From Geosiphon pyriformis uo1 (lineage: Eukaryota; Fungi; Glomeromycota), in contig JAAOMT010000741.1 in the NCBI GenBank assembly GCA_016748015.1, forward strand, positions 724,120-788,119: 64,000 nucleotides of DNA, given 5' to 3'. A program made the translations under genes and the position numbers. The notes beneath the pieces are model-generated. The model saw only the letters and a list, made by a program, of their open reading frames with translations. It did no database searches and was not told the DNA's origin. Below, piece after piece: positions 40,098 to 53,288 of this stretch (positions are counted from its first letter, which is position 1; each line of letters begins with the position of its first letter).

Positions 40098-41270
40098 TCA
40101 AATGGCCTTTTGCTTGCCTTTTCGGTTAACTTCTTCGCCTTTATTTGTAAAATTAGTCGACTCGCCTACATTAGTACGAAAAAATGATAGTTCCGGAAGG
40201 ATCAAAGGTTCGACATGTAACTGGACGGCATATGGGGTTATTGGGACTGGATTAGGTGGGCTTTTTTGGGCATGAGGATAAACTTTTTTCATAAAATTTT
40301 CAAAGGTATTATCCTGCGCTTGCTTCTTCCTTTCATCGATCTTTACTGTTGATATTGAAACAGAGAGCGAAGTTGTTTTTGTTTGAGATGCTTTTTTACT
40401 TGCCTCCTGGCTTTTGACACCTGTTGTATTCCGAGAATATCCCTTGAAGGTGGTGGGTCCACCAATCTGCGATTGATATTTATTTCTATTAGTCCGCCTT
40501 ATCTCAAGAACAGCATCAGATAAACCAAGTGTAGGAATTATGTTAGATCTCTCCTGTAGTTTGAGATCATCTTTAGTAAGCATTGGAAAATGTTTTTGTC
40601 TTTTGTTCATTGATTCATCAAGTTGGCGACCAGCAAATGATTTATGTTTTTTTGACAGATAACCTGGAAATGATTCCCCTATATCTATTTCGAAAACACG
40701 CTTTCTATCCTCGACTGATTGGTACGGAATGAGATCTGGAGATGAATCTTCACTGCTCTCAGACTGATGGGCTGGCATAGAAATGGGTTTAGTTTGAGTA
40801 ACTAGCTTCGACGAATCTTCGCTATGGGTTTTGATTACATTGGGGCTCTCCTTTTCTACATAGACCCCACTATCATCTCCAGTTTTCATAAAAACCCCGA
40901 CCTCTAAACTTTCGGAAGCTTCACCCTGCAATTGGCCGCTAGATTCTTTGGAAGATAGGACACTCGTTTTTTCGACTTTTCCTTGTTTCTCAAAACACTC
41001 TTCAACATCAAATTGCAGGAGTCTTGCTACTGGTCCCATATCCTTTAATGTACTTTTAACTTTTCGACTTTTTGAACTTTCTTCGGTTCGGATTAATTTA
41101 ACCGGGGGCGCCAGTTTTGTAGGAAAACTACTTCCTTGGATTTCACCCTCATTCGAAATATTTCTTGCTGAAACAGTACTGGAAGGTTCTGTCGACAATT
41201 CCTCTTTGATCTGCTCTTCGATAAATTGTTCAGTTTTCGGCGAGGAAACATCACCGTGAGTTTGGTCCAT
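40098..41270 (-). CDS. Hypothetical 390-aa hydrophilic S/K/E-rich protein
   Basis: Long uninterrupted ORF with GC above background and no recognisable domain. Extra exons cannot be excluded. Confidence 0.6.
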   Translation of the reverse strand: MDQTHGDVSSPKTEQFIEEQIKEELSTEPSSTVSARNISNEGEIQGSSFPTKLAPPVKLIRTEESSKSRKVKSTLKDMGPVARLLQFDVEECFEKQGKVEKTSVLSSKESSGQLQGEASESLEVGVFMKTGDDSGVYVEKESPNVIKTHSEDSSKLVTQTKPISMPAHQSESSEDSSPDLIPYQSVEDRKRVFEIDIGESFPGYLSKKHKSFAGRQLDESMNKRQKHFPMLTKDDLKLQERSNIIPTLGLSDAVLEIRRTNRNKYQSQIGGPTTFKGYSRNTTGVKSQEASKKASQTKTTSLSVSISTVKIDERKKQAQDNTFENFMKKVYPHAQKSPPNPVPITPYAVQLHVEPLILPELSFFRTNVGESTNFTNKGEEVNRKGKQKAI

Positions 41271-44200
41271 GGTAATTTTATTCCTGAGATGCCGAAATAA
41301 AAGCTCGATTTATTCTTACACCGATTAATTTTTCTCATGATTGATGGCGTAAAAATTCGTGACTTTGAAACTTGAAGAAATTTCTGGTACCTAAGGTATA
41401 TTTTCAAGCTTGAACTTTGAATTATGTAATCTCTTAGAAGGATTCGAGTTCGGCCTTGGTCAACAATTTTTAAAATAAATTATCAAAGTTAATTAGAGAC
41501 GAAAATAAAGCTTTTACAGCTTTGATCAATTACTATTATCCACTACTCAGGACTAGCCCGGCAGCTAATGATTTTCACCTTTTTAATTTATATGCATGTG
41601 AGCATCAATACCGAACTTGGCGAGATGTTTCGCGCGTGAATACAGAGGAAAACAAAACAAAGAAATGTAATTGGGAATTGCCAACTATATCCAGTTTATT
41701 TATAGAAAAAGAGGACATACTTGTGATCTGATGATCGACAATTTTTTCGTCTAAATTTAGCAAGAAATGTTCATGTGCGAAGAGGTAATTGTTGTGCAGC
41801 GGCTAAAAATCATTTAACAGAATACAGAACGCTTGTGATTTTAAGTTATATAAAAATATTTGATAACCAGTACTTTATGCATATTTGCATTTTGCGAGAA
41901 ATGCTCATAAAATAAAAGCTAAATTTTTTAATTTTACATTCACTGTGAGAATCATATGATTCAAAATATTTATTTTACTGTTTTTGAGGCATATTGAAGA
42001 TCGGGTACGATGCAAACAACAAAGCACAAATAAACAATGAGATCAACAATACAGATGTCATATATTAATTGGGTATGATACCATCATTTGACACTTTTAT
42101 CGAGAGGGCGTTATGTGGTTCTTCAGGATTAAAGGATAGAGGATGTTACATTTTTTCAGTAGATTATGATGGCACTTGTGTCAACTTTCATAAGAGCAAT
42201 AAATATAACATTGAATCTTTTGAACCAAATGTCATTTTAAAGTGCATATGTATTTCATTTTCAGGTTTTGAAAAGATAAAAATTCAAGTGTTATTAACTG
42301 ACATAAATACATATATTTTGATTATTCATTCTTATAGTAACCTCTTTAATTATTCAAAAATTTTTAACTGCAATTAATGATTATAAATTTATAATGACTT
42401 CTTTTATAATATCTTTAAATTTTCTTTGCAGATTATTTGTAGCTTTTTAAGAAATTTTCGTTTATGCTTTATTTGCTAAATATGTTACGACAGCTGACCA
42501 TGCCTTAAAAAAAAATTTCGAACATAATTGGCAATTAACTTTTAATAAGTAAAACTTCAATTAATTATGATTTGACTCTTTTGTAAAACGTTCCTATAAA
42601 CAATTAATGCTATTGGGAAAGTTTAATAAAATCGAAATCTTTTTTTATTTTATAATATTTTAATTTTCTAAAATTCGTGAATTTACTTGTAAATAATTAT
42701 TGTGACAAAAATTAAAAATTTTTTAGCTAAAACTTTATAAAGACAGGCCCAGATAATTTATAATAAGAAAGCAATTATATTGGGTTGGTTTATGTGCTGG
42801 TAATTTTTTGTCATTATTGGGTTTAAAATTTTGAAACTATTTTATTTATGGCAAGAGTTTTAAAAAAAATTATAATATAAGGTAAATGTGAGTATTATTT
42901 ATATTGATCAGCCACTGCAAGTTCGAGTTTCAAAATATGAATTTTATTATATGCTATGGACCAAAGAGACATTACTATGAGAATGTCATTTAATATGTGT
43001 GATAATGTTAATAATATTTGTGTCCTATTATGGATTTATGCCACACAGCTCAAACTTTATTGATTATCTATATGAAGTCTAGGCAGACATTTATGAATAA
43101 TCTATGAAAAAAGTAGGTTTATAGTGTAGCAATCAATATATTTTGTGATCAATTTATGTATTAAAAACTCATGATCATTTATTTATTATTAAATACAATT
43201 ATTTAAAATAGTCAAAAAAATTTAAATAATTAAATAAAAAATATTCTATGAGTTATTAGTTGATTAAGATATTAGATAAAAAAAAGTTTAATTAAGTCAA
43301 AAACTAAAATCATACCAAAGAAAAAATCAATTTTGAATATTAAATATAAAAAATATTAAAATCTAAAGCTAAAATTGGAATTTTTTCAAAAACAAAAATA
43401 AACAGAAACATTTATTTATTGCAAACTATATTAAAAATATGAATAAAATAAGTTTTGTTATTATTTTCAAAATCTTAAAATTTATCAACTTAATAACAAA
43501 CCAATTTATATATTATTTTACTTTTGTCATTTAACCAGCCAAAAAATTATTTACTTTGAAAATTGTATTTTTTTCAATCAACTTGTAAATATTTTATTCA
43601 AATTGATATTTGCCACAATAATAAAAATATTAAAAACAAATTTTGATAATAATTATGTAAAAAACTAAAAACTTAAAAATTTCAATATTTATTTTTTTAG
43701 TTTTTATTCCAAAATATATAAATATTATTAAGTTTTTGGTTTTAATTCTTAAAAAACATTACTATTTCCCAGCTTTTTACCAATAATGCTTCTTTTTAAG
43801 TATTAAAAAAATTGACAATACAAAACAAAAAAAGAAACTGTTATTAAAAAGCAAGACAATAAACCAAAATTAATTGTTAATTTTATTAAAAAATATTAAA
43901 AAATAATCAAGGTGTTAAAATTTTATGTTTTAATTGGTATTTTTAAAATTTAATAACAAAGATTAATTTTTTTAAATAATTATTTTTATTTAATAAATTA
44001 CAATAACAAGTTTCTTATTTTTAAATTAATTTTAACAAATACAAATCAAAAAAATATTGACTTTATTTAGCAATCAAGTTAATAATTATTATTTTGCTAA
44101 TTTAAACTTAAATTTTTAACTTAATTTCAGTATTAATAACAAAATTTGTAACTTAAAATTTTTATTAGAAAAAGAAGTTTAAATGTTGTTTATATATTTA

Positions 44201-46093
44201 AAAATAAATTAAAAAGTCAGAATTAGAACATATTCAGTTTACATACTTTCAAGTTTTTTACAAACATTAAATAGTTATTCATTAATAAGCCACTTTTTTC
44301 ATATTTGCTCTTTTTTTAGCCCAAGAAATCCGAAATTTTTTACTAATTTGGCATTTCATAATATCTTTAAAGCTTTCTTATATTATTTCTTAAAAACAAA
44401 AGTTTAAACAAGACCATATATATGGTTATATTATTACATAAACCAAATTCTGAATTTAACAACTTTAATATTCTTATATGTTTATGTATTTTTAATTCAT
44501 TGAAATAATTTTCAACCATTAAGCTTCATAAATTTTCAATAATTGCTATTAATTTAATCTTATTTTGACGCCCACAACACAAACAAAAATGTAATCTGAA
44601 GATTCCACTTTTTTACATTTATTACAAGCCATGTTAAAATAAGAATATTTTCTTTTTGCGACTGGTTCTCTTTATGCAAGGCTTTTACCACATAGGTTCG
44701 CAATTTAACTAAAATTTTACTTATTAATCTGAATTATTCATTAAAATAAAATTTGTAAAAAGCTAGTTAATGTTTATTTATTGAAACACAGCAAAAAAAT
44801 CCAAAAATAATATAACGATTATTATTAATTTAGTACAAATTTACATTTGACATAATTTTTAATATTTTATTTATGTAAATAAGAAAGTAAATTTAGTTCT
44901 TGAAAATAATAACTTTAAAATCAGTTTTGACAAAATAATAAGGTCAAAATCAAAAAATCAATTTTTGTTTTGTTTCAATAGCTCAATAAGCAAAAATTTA
45001 TAAAGTTATATACTAATAAAAAGAATTAATTAGATTTTAAATAAATATTGTTGAAAAAATGTTAAAAAAAAATTAAAAACAAAATGTTATTATATCTTTT
45101 TTTTTAAAGTCGTAAGCAAAATAATATTTTGTAAAAAATATGTATAAAAAATAATATCGAAAATGAACACTGATTTTTCAGTATTTAAGATTAAATTAAT
45201 TGGTTTGAAAAAAAATTCAATTGGATTTTAATTTAAACACAAAAATTGAAATGGTTCAACGTTTTATGCTTTTTTTTCGTAATAAAATTGAATATTAAAA
45301 TAAATTCAAGTCTATGTTAGTTTTGAAAACCATTGCTTATTAGAAAGGAATAAAATATTAAAAGCTTAATTGTATGGGTTTCTTTTATAAAAAAACCTCA
45401 TTGAGTATTAGCTTGATAAAAGAAGATATTTAATAATTTTATTACTACAGAAACATTTTGCAAATGAGAATTAATCTCACTCATACATGTTGCGAGTCGA
45501 ATTACGTTCAAGCAAAACGGAAACCTAAGAATTTCAAAAAATACTCATCAAGCTACTTTCTTAAGAGGTAAGTAGTGAATATTTTCAGTAACTTGAAAAT
45601 TTTATTCATAATGACTTTCTGAGTTTTTTATTAATTTGCTAATTGGAAACTCACGCCTATATTTTAATAAGAGAAATGTACACTCGTAGCAGCTTTGATC
45701 GCCTTCCAAAAATCAGAAAGAGCAATTAAGTCATAAGTCTTTTCAAAGGAGAGAAAATGACAGTAGGACAGAACAAAATAAATGGAATGATATTTAATAA
45801 AATTGATAGATTATATCTGGATGCTTATTAAAACTCGAGGTATAAAAATTTACTATTAATAAACAGTTCTTTCCTTAATCACCACCTTCTAATGAGAATA
45901 ATCATAATGAATATGTGAATGAAATGATAAATTTTAACATGAAGCGCAAAATATTTGTTTAGAACAAAAGCTATTGTTCAATAAGCGTATAGAAAAATTT
46001 CTCTCCTATCCAAAATATATAAAGATAGGTCAAGTAAAAATGCTATCGAAATGAGTCTATTTATATTTTGTAGCAGGAATGATGTCCTTGATT

Positions 46094-49000
46094 TTAGCAT
46101 ACACAGTTATCGCCACCTGGGCAACCCTGAACATGGGAAGAAGTGGTAATGGTAGATGATGTGGCCTCCCCACAGAAGTTACCATTATTATTTCCATTGA
46201 ATGATCCAATCGTGTTATACAAAGGTTTTGCTTCACAACCTGAATCACCAGGAATGACAGAGGTTTTTAAGCAATGACCGGTGGTCCCATCTGTCTTTAA
46301 GCAATCACCAGTATCATCTTTTGTTGGAGATTTCCCAGTATTATCAATATTGTCTTCACATTCCCCAGTTTTGCTAGCTGTAATTGGGTATGTCTTATCA
46401 GTGTCACCTTTTGGAAGCTTCTCGCTATCACCATCCTTGCATTCACCAGTTTCACCGTCTGTTGGTTTTACATATCCACCAGTTTTGCTATCTGTTATGG
46501 GGTATTTATCACCAGTGTCACTTTCTGGAAGCTTGTCACCGGTATCTTCCTCGCATTTACTAGTTTTGCCTTCTATTGGAGGTTTGGGGATATCCTCGCC
46601 TGTTGGTTTTAAATACTCATCCGTCTTGCCGTCTGGTGTTGAGAGTGCTTTATCAGCGGTATCTTTTGGAAGCTTGCTAGTATTACCGGTATCCCCTTCG
46701 CATTCACCAGTTTTGCTGTCTGTTGGTTTTACATATCCATCAGTTTTGCTATCTGTTATGGGGTATTTATCACCGGTGTCACTTTTTGGAGGCTTAGCAC
46801 TGTCACCAGTATCTTCTTCATATTCACCAGTTTTGTTTTCTATTGAAGGTTTACCACTATCCTCGCCTGTTGGTTTTAAATATTCACCCGTCTTGCCGTC
46901 TGGTGTTGAGAGTGTTTTATCAGCGGTATCTTTTGGAGGCTTGCCAGTATCACCGGTATCCCCTTCACATTCACCAGTTTTATTGTCTGTTGGGCTTACA
47001 TATCCATCAGTTTTGCTATCTGTCGTGGGGTATTTATCGCCGGTGTCACTTTTTGGAGGCTTAGCACTGTCACCAGTATCTTCCTCATATTCACCAGTTT
47101 TGTCTTCTATTGAAGGTTTACCACTATCCTCGTCTGTTGGTTTTAAATACTCTTCCATCTTGCCGTCTGGTGTTGAGAGTGTTTTATCAGCGGTATCTTT
47201 TGGAAGCTTGCTAGTATTATCGGTATCCCCTTCGCATTCACCAGTTTTGCTGTCTGTTGGTTTTACATATCCATCAGTTTTGCTATCTGTTATGGGGTAT
47301 TTATCACCAGTGTCACTTTCTGGAAGCTTGTCACCGGTATCTTCTTCATATTCACCAGTTTTGTTTTCTATTGAAGGTTTACCACTATCCTCGCCTGTTG
47401 GTTTTAAATACTCATCCGTCTTGCCGTCTGGTGTTGGGAGTGTTTTATCAGCGGTATCTTTTGGAAGCTTGCTAGTATCACCGGTATCCCCTTCGCATTC
47501 ACCAGTTTTGCTGTCTGTTGGTTTTATATATCCATCAGTTTTGCTATCTGTTATGGGGTATTTATCACCGGTGTCACTTTTTGGAGGCTTAGCACTGTCA
47601 CCAGTATCTTCTTCATATTCACCAGTTTTGTTTTCTATTGAAGGTTTACCACTATCCTCGCCTGTTGGTTTTAAATATTCACCCGTCTTGCCGTCTGGTG
47701 TTGGGAGTGTTTTATCAGCGGTATCTTTTGGAGGCTTGCCAGTATCACCGGTATCCCCTTCACATTCACCAGTTTTGTTGTCTGTTGGGCTTACATATCC
47801 ATCAGTTTTGCTATCTGTCATGGGGTATTTATCACCAGTGTCACTTTTTGGAGGCTTAGCACTGTCACCGGTATCTTCCTCATATTCACCAGTTTTGTCT
47901 TCTATTGAAGGTTTACCACTATCCTCGCCTGTTGGTTTTAAATAATCACCCATCTTGGAGTCCGGTATTAGGAATGTTTTATCGGTGGTGTCTTTTGGAG
48001 GCTTTCCAGTATCACCGGTATCTTCAGCAGTGTCTTTAGTTGGTTTTATTTCTTCATCTACATTGGAGAATGGTATTAATCTATTATCAACACTATCTGT
48101 TAGAGGCTTGTCAGTATCACTGGTATCCCCCTCGCGTCCACCAGTTTCGCTATCTGGTGGTTTTACATACCCACCAGTTTTGCTATCCGCTATTGGGTGT
48201 GTTTTATCTGTGTCACTTTTTGGTGGCTTGCTAGTATCGGTATCCTCTTTGCAATCACCAGTATCTCCTTCTGTTAAATATTTGCCAGTATCCTTACCAG
48301 TTGGTTTTAAACGACTCTCCGTTTTGCTATCTACTATTGGATATATTTTATCAGTGTCACTTGTTGGTGGTTTTTCAGTATCGATATCCCCCTCGTATTC
48401 ACCAGTATCGCCTTTTGTTAGAGATTTGCCAGTATCCTCGCCCATTGGTTTTGTTATTGGGTATGTTTTATCAGTATCACTTTTTGGTGGCTTGCTAGTA
48501 TCGGTAGTCTCCTTGTATTCACCAGTCTCTCCTTCTGTTGGATATTGGCCAGTATCTTCGCCCGTCTTGCTATCTGTTATTGGGTATGTTTTCTCGGTGT
48601 CAATTTTTGGTGGCTTACTAGTATCGGTATCCCCCTCGTATTTACCAGTTTCTCCTTCTGTTGGAGATTTGCTAATATCCTCGCCTGTCGGTTTTAAATG
48701 ACCACCTGTTTTGTCGTCGATTTTTGGATATTTATCACCAGTGTCACCTTTTGGAGATTCACGAGTATCGCCATCTGTTTTTGAGCAATTACCATTGGTG
48801 CATTTTGTCGAGCTAACAGCTGTTACTTTGCAAATTCCAGAAGTACAGACTATTGGAATACCATTGTTATTGCCATTATTATTGCCATTGTGATCACCTT
48901 TGTTGTTGTTGCCATTTAGGTTACCATTTAGATCGCCAAAGTTATTATTTCCATTTCTATTGCCATTATTATTTCCAATACTGTTATTTCCATTTTCATT

Positions 49001-49225
49001 TCCGTTGCCCGATCCAATATTACCATTACCATTACCGTTGCCGTTCCCAATCACTTTGGATCCACTACAATTACCACCATCGCATGTTTTTTCACAATCT
49101 CCACTAACCAGTGAATTAGCTGATGGAGCCGGTACAGGAGCTGCTGACACAGATGGATTACTTGTTGATAAAAGAAGGAGAGCAGAAGAGAGTAGGTAAG
49201 AATAAAAAACAATTTTTTTTGTCAT
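46094..49225 (-). CDS. Secreted 1043-aa repeat protein, G/N-module family member A
   Basis: Signal peptide-like MTKKIVFYSYLLSSALLLLSTSNPSVSA. A Cys-flanked GNGNG/GNNNG module is followed by D/T/K/G/P-rich tandem repeats and a C-terminal IGSFNGNNNGNFCG plus Cys-rich tail. Single exon. Confidence 0.85.
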   Translation of the reverse strand: MTKKIVFYSYLLSSALLLLSTSNPSVSAAPVPAPSANSLVSGDCEKTCDGGNCSGSKVIGNGNGNGNGNIGSGNGNENGNNSIGNNNGNRNGNNNFGDLNGNLNGNNNKGDHNGNNNGNNNGIPIVCTSGICKVTAVSSTKCTNGNCSKTDGDTRESPKGDTGDKYPKIDDKTGGHLKPTGEDISKSPTEGETGKYEGDTDTSKPPKIDTEKTYPITDSKTGEDTGQYPTEGETGEYKETTDTSKPPKSDTDKTYPITKPMGEDTGKSLTKGDTGEYEGDIDTEKPPTSDTDKIYPIVDSKTESRLKPTGKDTGKYLTEGDTGDCKEDTDTSKPPKSDTDKTHPIADSKTGGYVKPPDSETGGREGDTSDTDKPLTDSVDNRLIPFSNVDEEIKPTKDTAEDTGDTGKPPKDTTDKTFLIPDSKMGDYLKPTGEDSGKPSIEDKTGEYEEDTGDSAKPPKSDTGDKYPMTDSKTDGYVSPTDNKTGECEGDTGDTGKPPKDTADKTLPTPDGKTGEYLKPTGEDSGKPSIENKTGEYEEDTGDSAKPPKSDTGDKYPITDSKTDGYIKPTDSKTGECEGDTGDTSKLPKDTADKTLPTPDGKTDEYLKPTGEDSGKPSIENKTGEYEEDTGDKLPESDTGDKYPITDSKTDGYVKPTDSKTGECEGDTDNTSKLPKDTADKTLSTPDGKMEEYLKPTDEDSGKPSIEDKTGEYEEDTGDSAKPPKSDTGDKYPTTDSKTDGYVSPTDNKTGECEGDTGDTGKPPKDTADKTLSTPDGKTGEYLKPTGEDSGKPSIENKTGEYEEDTGDSAKPPKSDTGDKYPITDSKTDGYVKPTDSKTGECEGDTGNTSKLPKDTADKALSTPDGKTDEYLKPTGEDIPKPPIEGKTSKCEEDTGDKLPESDTGDKYPITDSKTGGYVKPTDGETGECKDGDSEKLPKGDTDKTYPITASKTGECEDNIDNTGKSPTKDDTGDCLKTDGTTGHCLKTSVIPGDSGCEAKPLYNTIGSFNGNNNGNFCGEATSSTITTSSHVQGCPGGDNCVC
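46430..48020 (-). repeat. Coding tandem array of about six 267-bp (89-aa) units, one 261 bp
   Basis: Anchor TATTG(A/G)AGGT at 46574, 46841, 47108, 47369, 47636 and 47903. More diverged sub-repeats extend to ~48750. Confidence 0.95.
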
Positions 49226-51995
49226 AATTGTTATTTTTTTAATATATAAACACGATCGAATATTATTTAATGGGCAAAAAAAATAAATACGATGTTAGAA
49301 AAAAATTATATTTATTAAAAGATTAAAAGAGAACAATAAAGAAAGATGAAAACAAAAGAGAAAGACAGAGACTATGATAATAAGGAATAGATCAAGAAGA
49401 TCAACCTTTCTTTGGTGGTAATGAATGATTTACTAACAATTAAAGAGTGGACAGTTTTGTTACTTTCTTGAAAATTCAATCCAAGTGGGCTTTTATATCT
49501 TCTCAAAAGAAATCCTTATTTTTTGTTAACGTTGAACTCAAGAAGCGTTTCTTTGTATTTTATGGCGATAAATACTTTTGGTTTATTTCTCACCTCGATA
49601 TATGATGATTCAATAAGAAATTTATGGATCATCTCATTATTTCCTGCTTAAATTAATTAAAAGTTACTAAAGAACTTTAAGGACTCATAAAACTCCGGCA
49701 TAATTTACTCAAGGTTTTGAGTTCTCAGCGGGTGACAAAAAAATTTGAAAAAAGTTGATAAACGCCAAGAAAAAATTAAATTCATTCATGCGGGTTAAAA
49801 ATTAATCTCACAAATTTCAAATTTGACATTATATCACAAGTCCTTGTAACAATTTATTGGGAAAAATAAATAATTGTAAAGAATCACCAAATAGTTGTTC
49901 CCAATATTTCATGACGTTGAAGTGCTCATATTTACTAATTTTATTTAAAAAAATAAAAAATTTGATCTGTATTGTTCAAATCTTGAAATAAATCTTTAGC
50001 ATTAAATATTATTAGAAATGAAAGAATTAACTGCGCCAATCAGATTCAATTATTTTTGTTAAAACTAAGACACTATCTCATCAATAATTGGAAAAAAGAT
50101 TACCTGAATATAACTAGCATTATCTTTAAACTAAAATTTGGAAAAAGAAATATGTTCTTGCCTAAAGAGTAAAAGAAATTTGAAAGTAAAAAAATTTAAG
50201 GATTTTTATTCGGGATTAAATTTATTATTTGAATACACACAAAAAGTAGACATTGTTTGTGAACAAATCATATGAAATGAAAATTTAAAAGAAAATTTAA
50301 GGCAGAATGAATAATATAATAAATTATTTCATTAAAAAGCCTTCAAAATTTTCATTTAATTAACGAAAATTTTAAGACCACATTTGAAATAATAATGCAA
50401 CGTGTCTTTTAATTATTATTATTATTATTATTGTTGTTGTTGTTGTTCTTGTTATTAATTATTAGGGTCAACATTGGAAAATGAAAATTTTGATTGTTAG
50501 GGAATATTTATTATTGTCATCAATGATAAAACTTATAAGATTTTCTGATTTTTAATGGAGTATCGGTGATTGAAAATTAGCTTTATAATCTAGAAAAATA
50601 CTAACCCTTCGTGTTTTTGGTATTTTGTCAGAGGAAAACTAGCAGCAGCAGCCTACAATTAAAATTTAATTGAGAGTTAAAATTTTACATCCCCCGCAGG
50701 CTGATGTTAAAGAATTGAACATTTGAAAAAAAATTTGGGAACCTGCAAAGAATATTTTCTAGTTCAAAATATTGAAACGATGTTTAAGAAATTAGAATTT
50801 CTATTTAATATTTTTAATTTCAATATTTAAGATTTAATTACTGCACCGCATAAATGAAAAACATTGCTTAATTATAGCTTGCATATTTATTCAATTTTTT
50901 TCTTTATAATTATTTTTAATAAAAGGAGATTATCATGACATTATATCCTCATCTAACCCATCAATTAGAAATTCTATATTGTTGGTTTTCGTGTTTTTGC
51001 TGGGATTATTTTTTACCATTTTTTTTTGGTTATTAATTATTAAATAAAACCTATCTAATCATATCTAATCATATCTAACAAAAATATATTAATATCATTA
51101 TTTCAATTAATAATTGGCTTTGTTTGATCTATATGAAAAAATTTGAATAGCTTTTTATTCATATGTTTTATTTTTATATATGTATATATATATATATTCT
51201 ATTTATTCATGTGAATTTTTGCATTGAGTGAATTTTTTTTTCTTGTGTAATTTAAAAATGTTTTTGAAATAATTTTTTTATTTGAAATATTTTTGTTTAT
51301 TAATTTCTTTACTTTAAGATGTATTAAGAGTATTGTTTTCTGTTTTTTTTTCTTTATTAAAAAAATGATTATCTCATCCTGATATCAATCTTTTACTTTG
51401 GAATTTAGATACTAAAAAAAAAAACTTTGCAATAAAGCATGGTAGAAATTTTAAAGAACAAAAAATGGATGTGAATCTTTATTTTATTCAAAAGATTTTA
51501 ATTAATAAAGTAGATAGGTAAAACTTCCAAGACTGATTCATTTGGACAAAAATAAAATAATTAATTAGTTTCTTTTATAGATTTTAAAGCGTAAGAGATG
51601 AAAACTATTTATCACCATTCATTGTAAAAAAAAATTATAGATCATGACTGATTATAAAATTTGCAAACATTAAAACATTTTTTTTTAATTTGAAGAAACA
51701 ATTGATGATTACATAAATTTTTGTGCGGAAAAAAAGGCACACGATCAATCGATTAAAAATTTTATTGAAGAGCTTAGGCCGTCACAGAGTCAAAATAGAA
51801 ATTTTTTTAGAACAGATTCAATTTATTTGGGGACTATCTTGATGTTAATCATGATCATACGAAAGAAACTCATTTGATGCTAGTTAGTGGAACTGACAAT
51901 TCTATTAACTGCTCGCTATCTAAAATCTGAAAATTATCAAATATTTTGATTCTAATAATGAAAAATTTTCCGAGCATTTTTAGACAAAAAAATAT

Positions 51996-52394
51996 TTAAT
52001 CACAAGGAGTAAATTTCTTAGGTTGGTGTTTCTTTTTTTGGAACTTCCCCTTCTTAAACTTGCGCTTGTGACCATCGTGATCAGAATCAGAACCAGAATC
52101 AGAACCAGAATCAGAATCTTCTTTATTGAAAGACTTTTTGACTCGGCCGTCAAGATTACCAGTCCATCTGTTTTGATTGTTAACCCCGTTACCATTTCCG
52201 TCATCGACACCATTGTTGTTACCTTTGTTCCAATTGCCGTTATTGTTACCATCGTAGTTACCTATGTTGTCAAAATCATGTCCTTTGCCATCACGTTTGT
52301 CAAGAATTGGAGTTGCACTCGCAGAAGGTGAGCCAGAAAACAAGGCAAGAGCGCTAGCGATAACAGCAGCCAAGACGAGAGTAAGTTTGCCCAT
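51996..52394 (-). CDS. Small secreted protein, G/N-module member B (132 aa) with Kex2-like site and basic tail
   Basis: Signal peptide, LDKR, FDNIGNYDGNNNG...RWTGNLDGRVKKSFN, DSDSGSDSGSDSD, then KRKFKKGKFQKKKHQPKKFTPCD. TATAAAA lies ~130 bp upstream. Confidence 0.85.
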   Translation of the reverse strand: MGKLTLVLAAVIASALALFSGSPSASATPILDKRDGKGHDFDNIGNYDGNNNGNWNKGNNNGVDDGNGNGVNNQNRWTGNLDGRVKKSFNKEDSDSGSDSGSDSDHDGHKRKFKKGKFQKKKHQPKKFTPCD

Positions 52395-53288
52395 TGTCAG
52401 GAATTAAAGGGTGAATAATGAGAGATTTATTTTCAGTGAAGGTATATTCGACCTTTTACTTTCTAACTTTGAAAATAAAAGATTGGATAAAAATCGAAAA
52501 ATTCAAACCAATCGGTTCTTTTTATACTTCAGAATTTCTTAGTCAAACTCCTTTTTCACTAATTTGGTCAAAAAATTTAATTGTTTTCACTCACATTCTT
52601 TGAATTTTTAAGAAAAGGAGGTTATTATTTTTAACAAACAATTAAAGAAAAAGAATTACGAAATAAATTAATCAAAATATATTTTGCCCGTTTCCAACAA
52701 TTAGAATATGGTTAAAATATTTTAACAATTATTTTAATTATCTTTTTATAGAATCTATAAAAGTCGGGTGAAGCGTTAATCAGGAGCTGAAAATTTAAGT
52801 TTAATAATAATTAATATGAAAAGTAAATGTATCACAAGAATTTTTTTTAATATTCTCTTAAAGGCACAAACCCTTACGAAATCACGAGTAAATGTGAAAC
52901 CAGAATCGAATCCTGAGCCCATGTCATTTAAAAAATTTTTAATGATAAAATACCTGATAATTTGCTACCCTAACAATCAGTGGATAAATATCACGAATGA
53001 CTATTCCCTTTAAAAACTTTCCTTAATATTTTTTTAGTAAACTATTAATACGGGAAATCAGAGGGTCTGATTAACACGTAATATGAATAATCAACATGAC
53101 ATCATCTGATTGATGTCATTGGCAGAAGATTCTTTGGGGAATCACAATATCAATTAATTGAAATATAATTAGGAATCTTTAACATGGTTTTATTGTTTAT
53201 AGAGCAACAAAAAAAACTTTTTAGTGATGAACGGGTGAAAATTTCAAGTTAAAAAATGTATAACAACATTTTGCTGAAATTTCGAATA

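Noticed and set aside
42700-45100. Possible heavily decayed retroelement (faint YxDD-like trace near 44430 on the minus strand)
   Set aside because: Too degenerate to support by eye.
46430-48020. Regular repeats as a CRISPR array
   Set aside because: Units are contiguous 261-267 bp in-frame coding repeats with no unique spacers, in a eukaryotic context with no cas genes.
46281-49199. Long plus-strand ORFs (554 aa, 248 aa and smaller)
   Set aside because: Antisense shadows of the repetitive 1043-aa gene; non-ATG starts and S/P/V/L composition mirror the sense codons.
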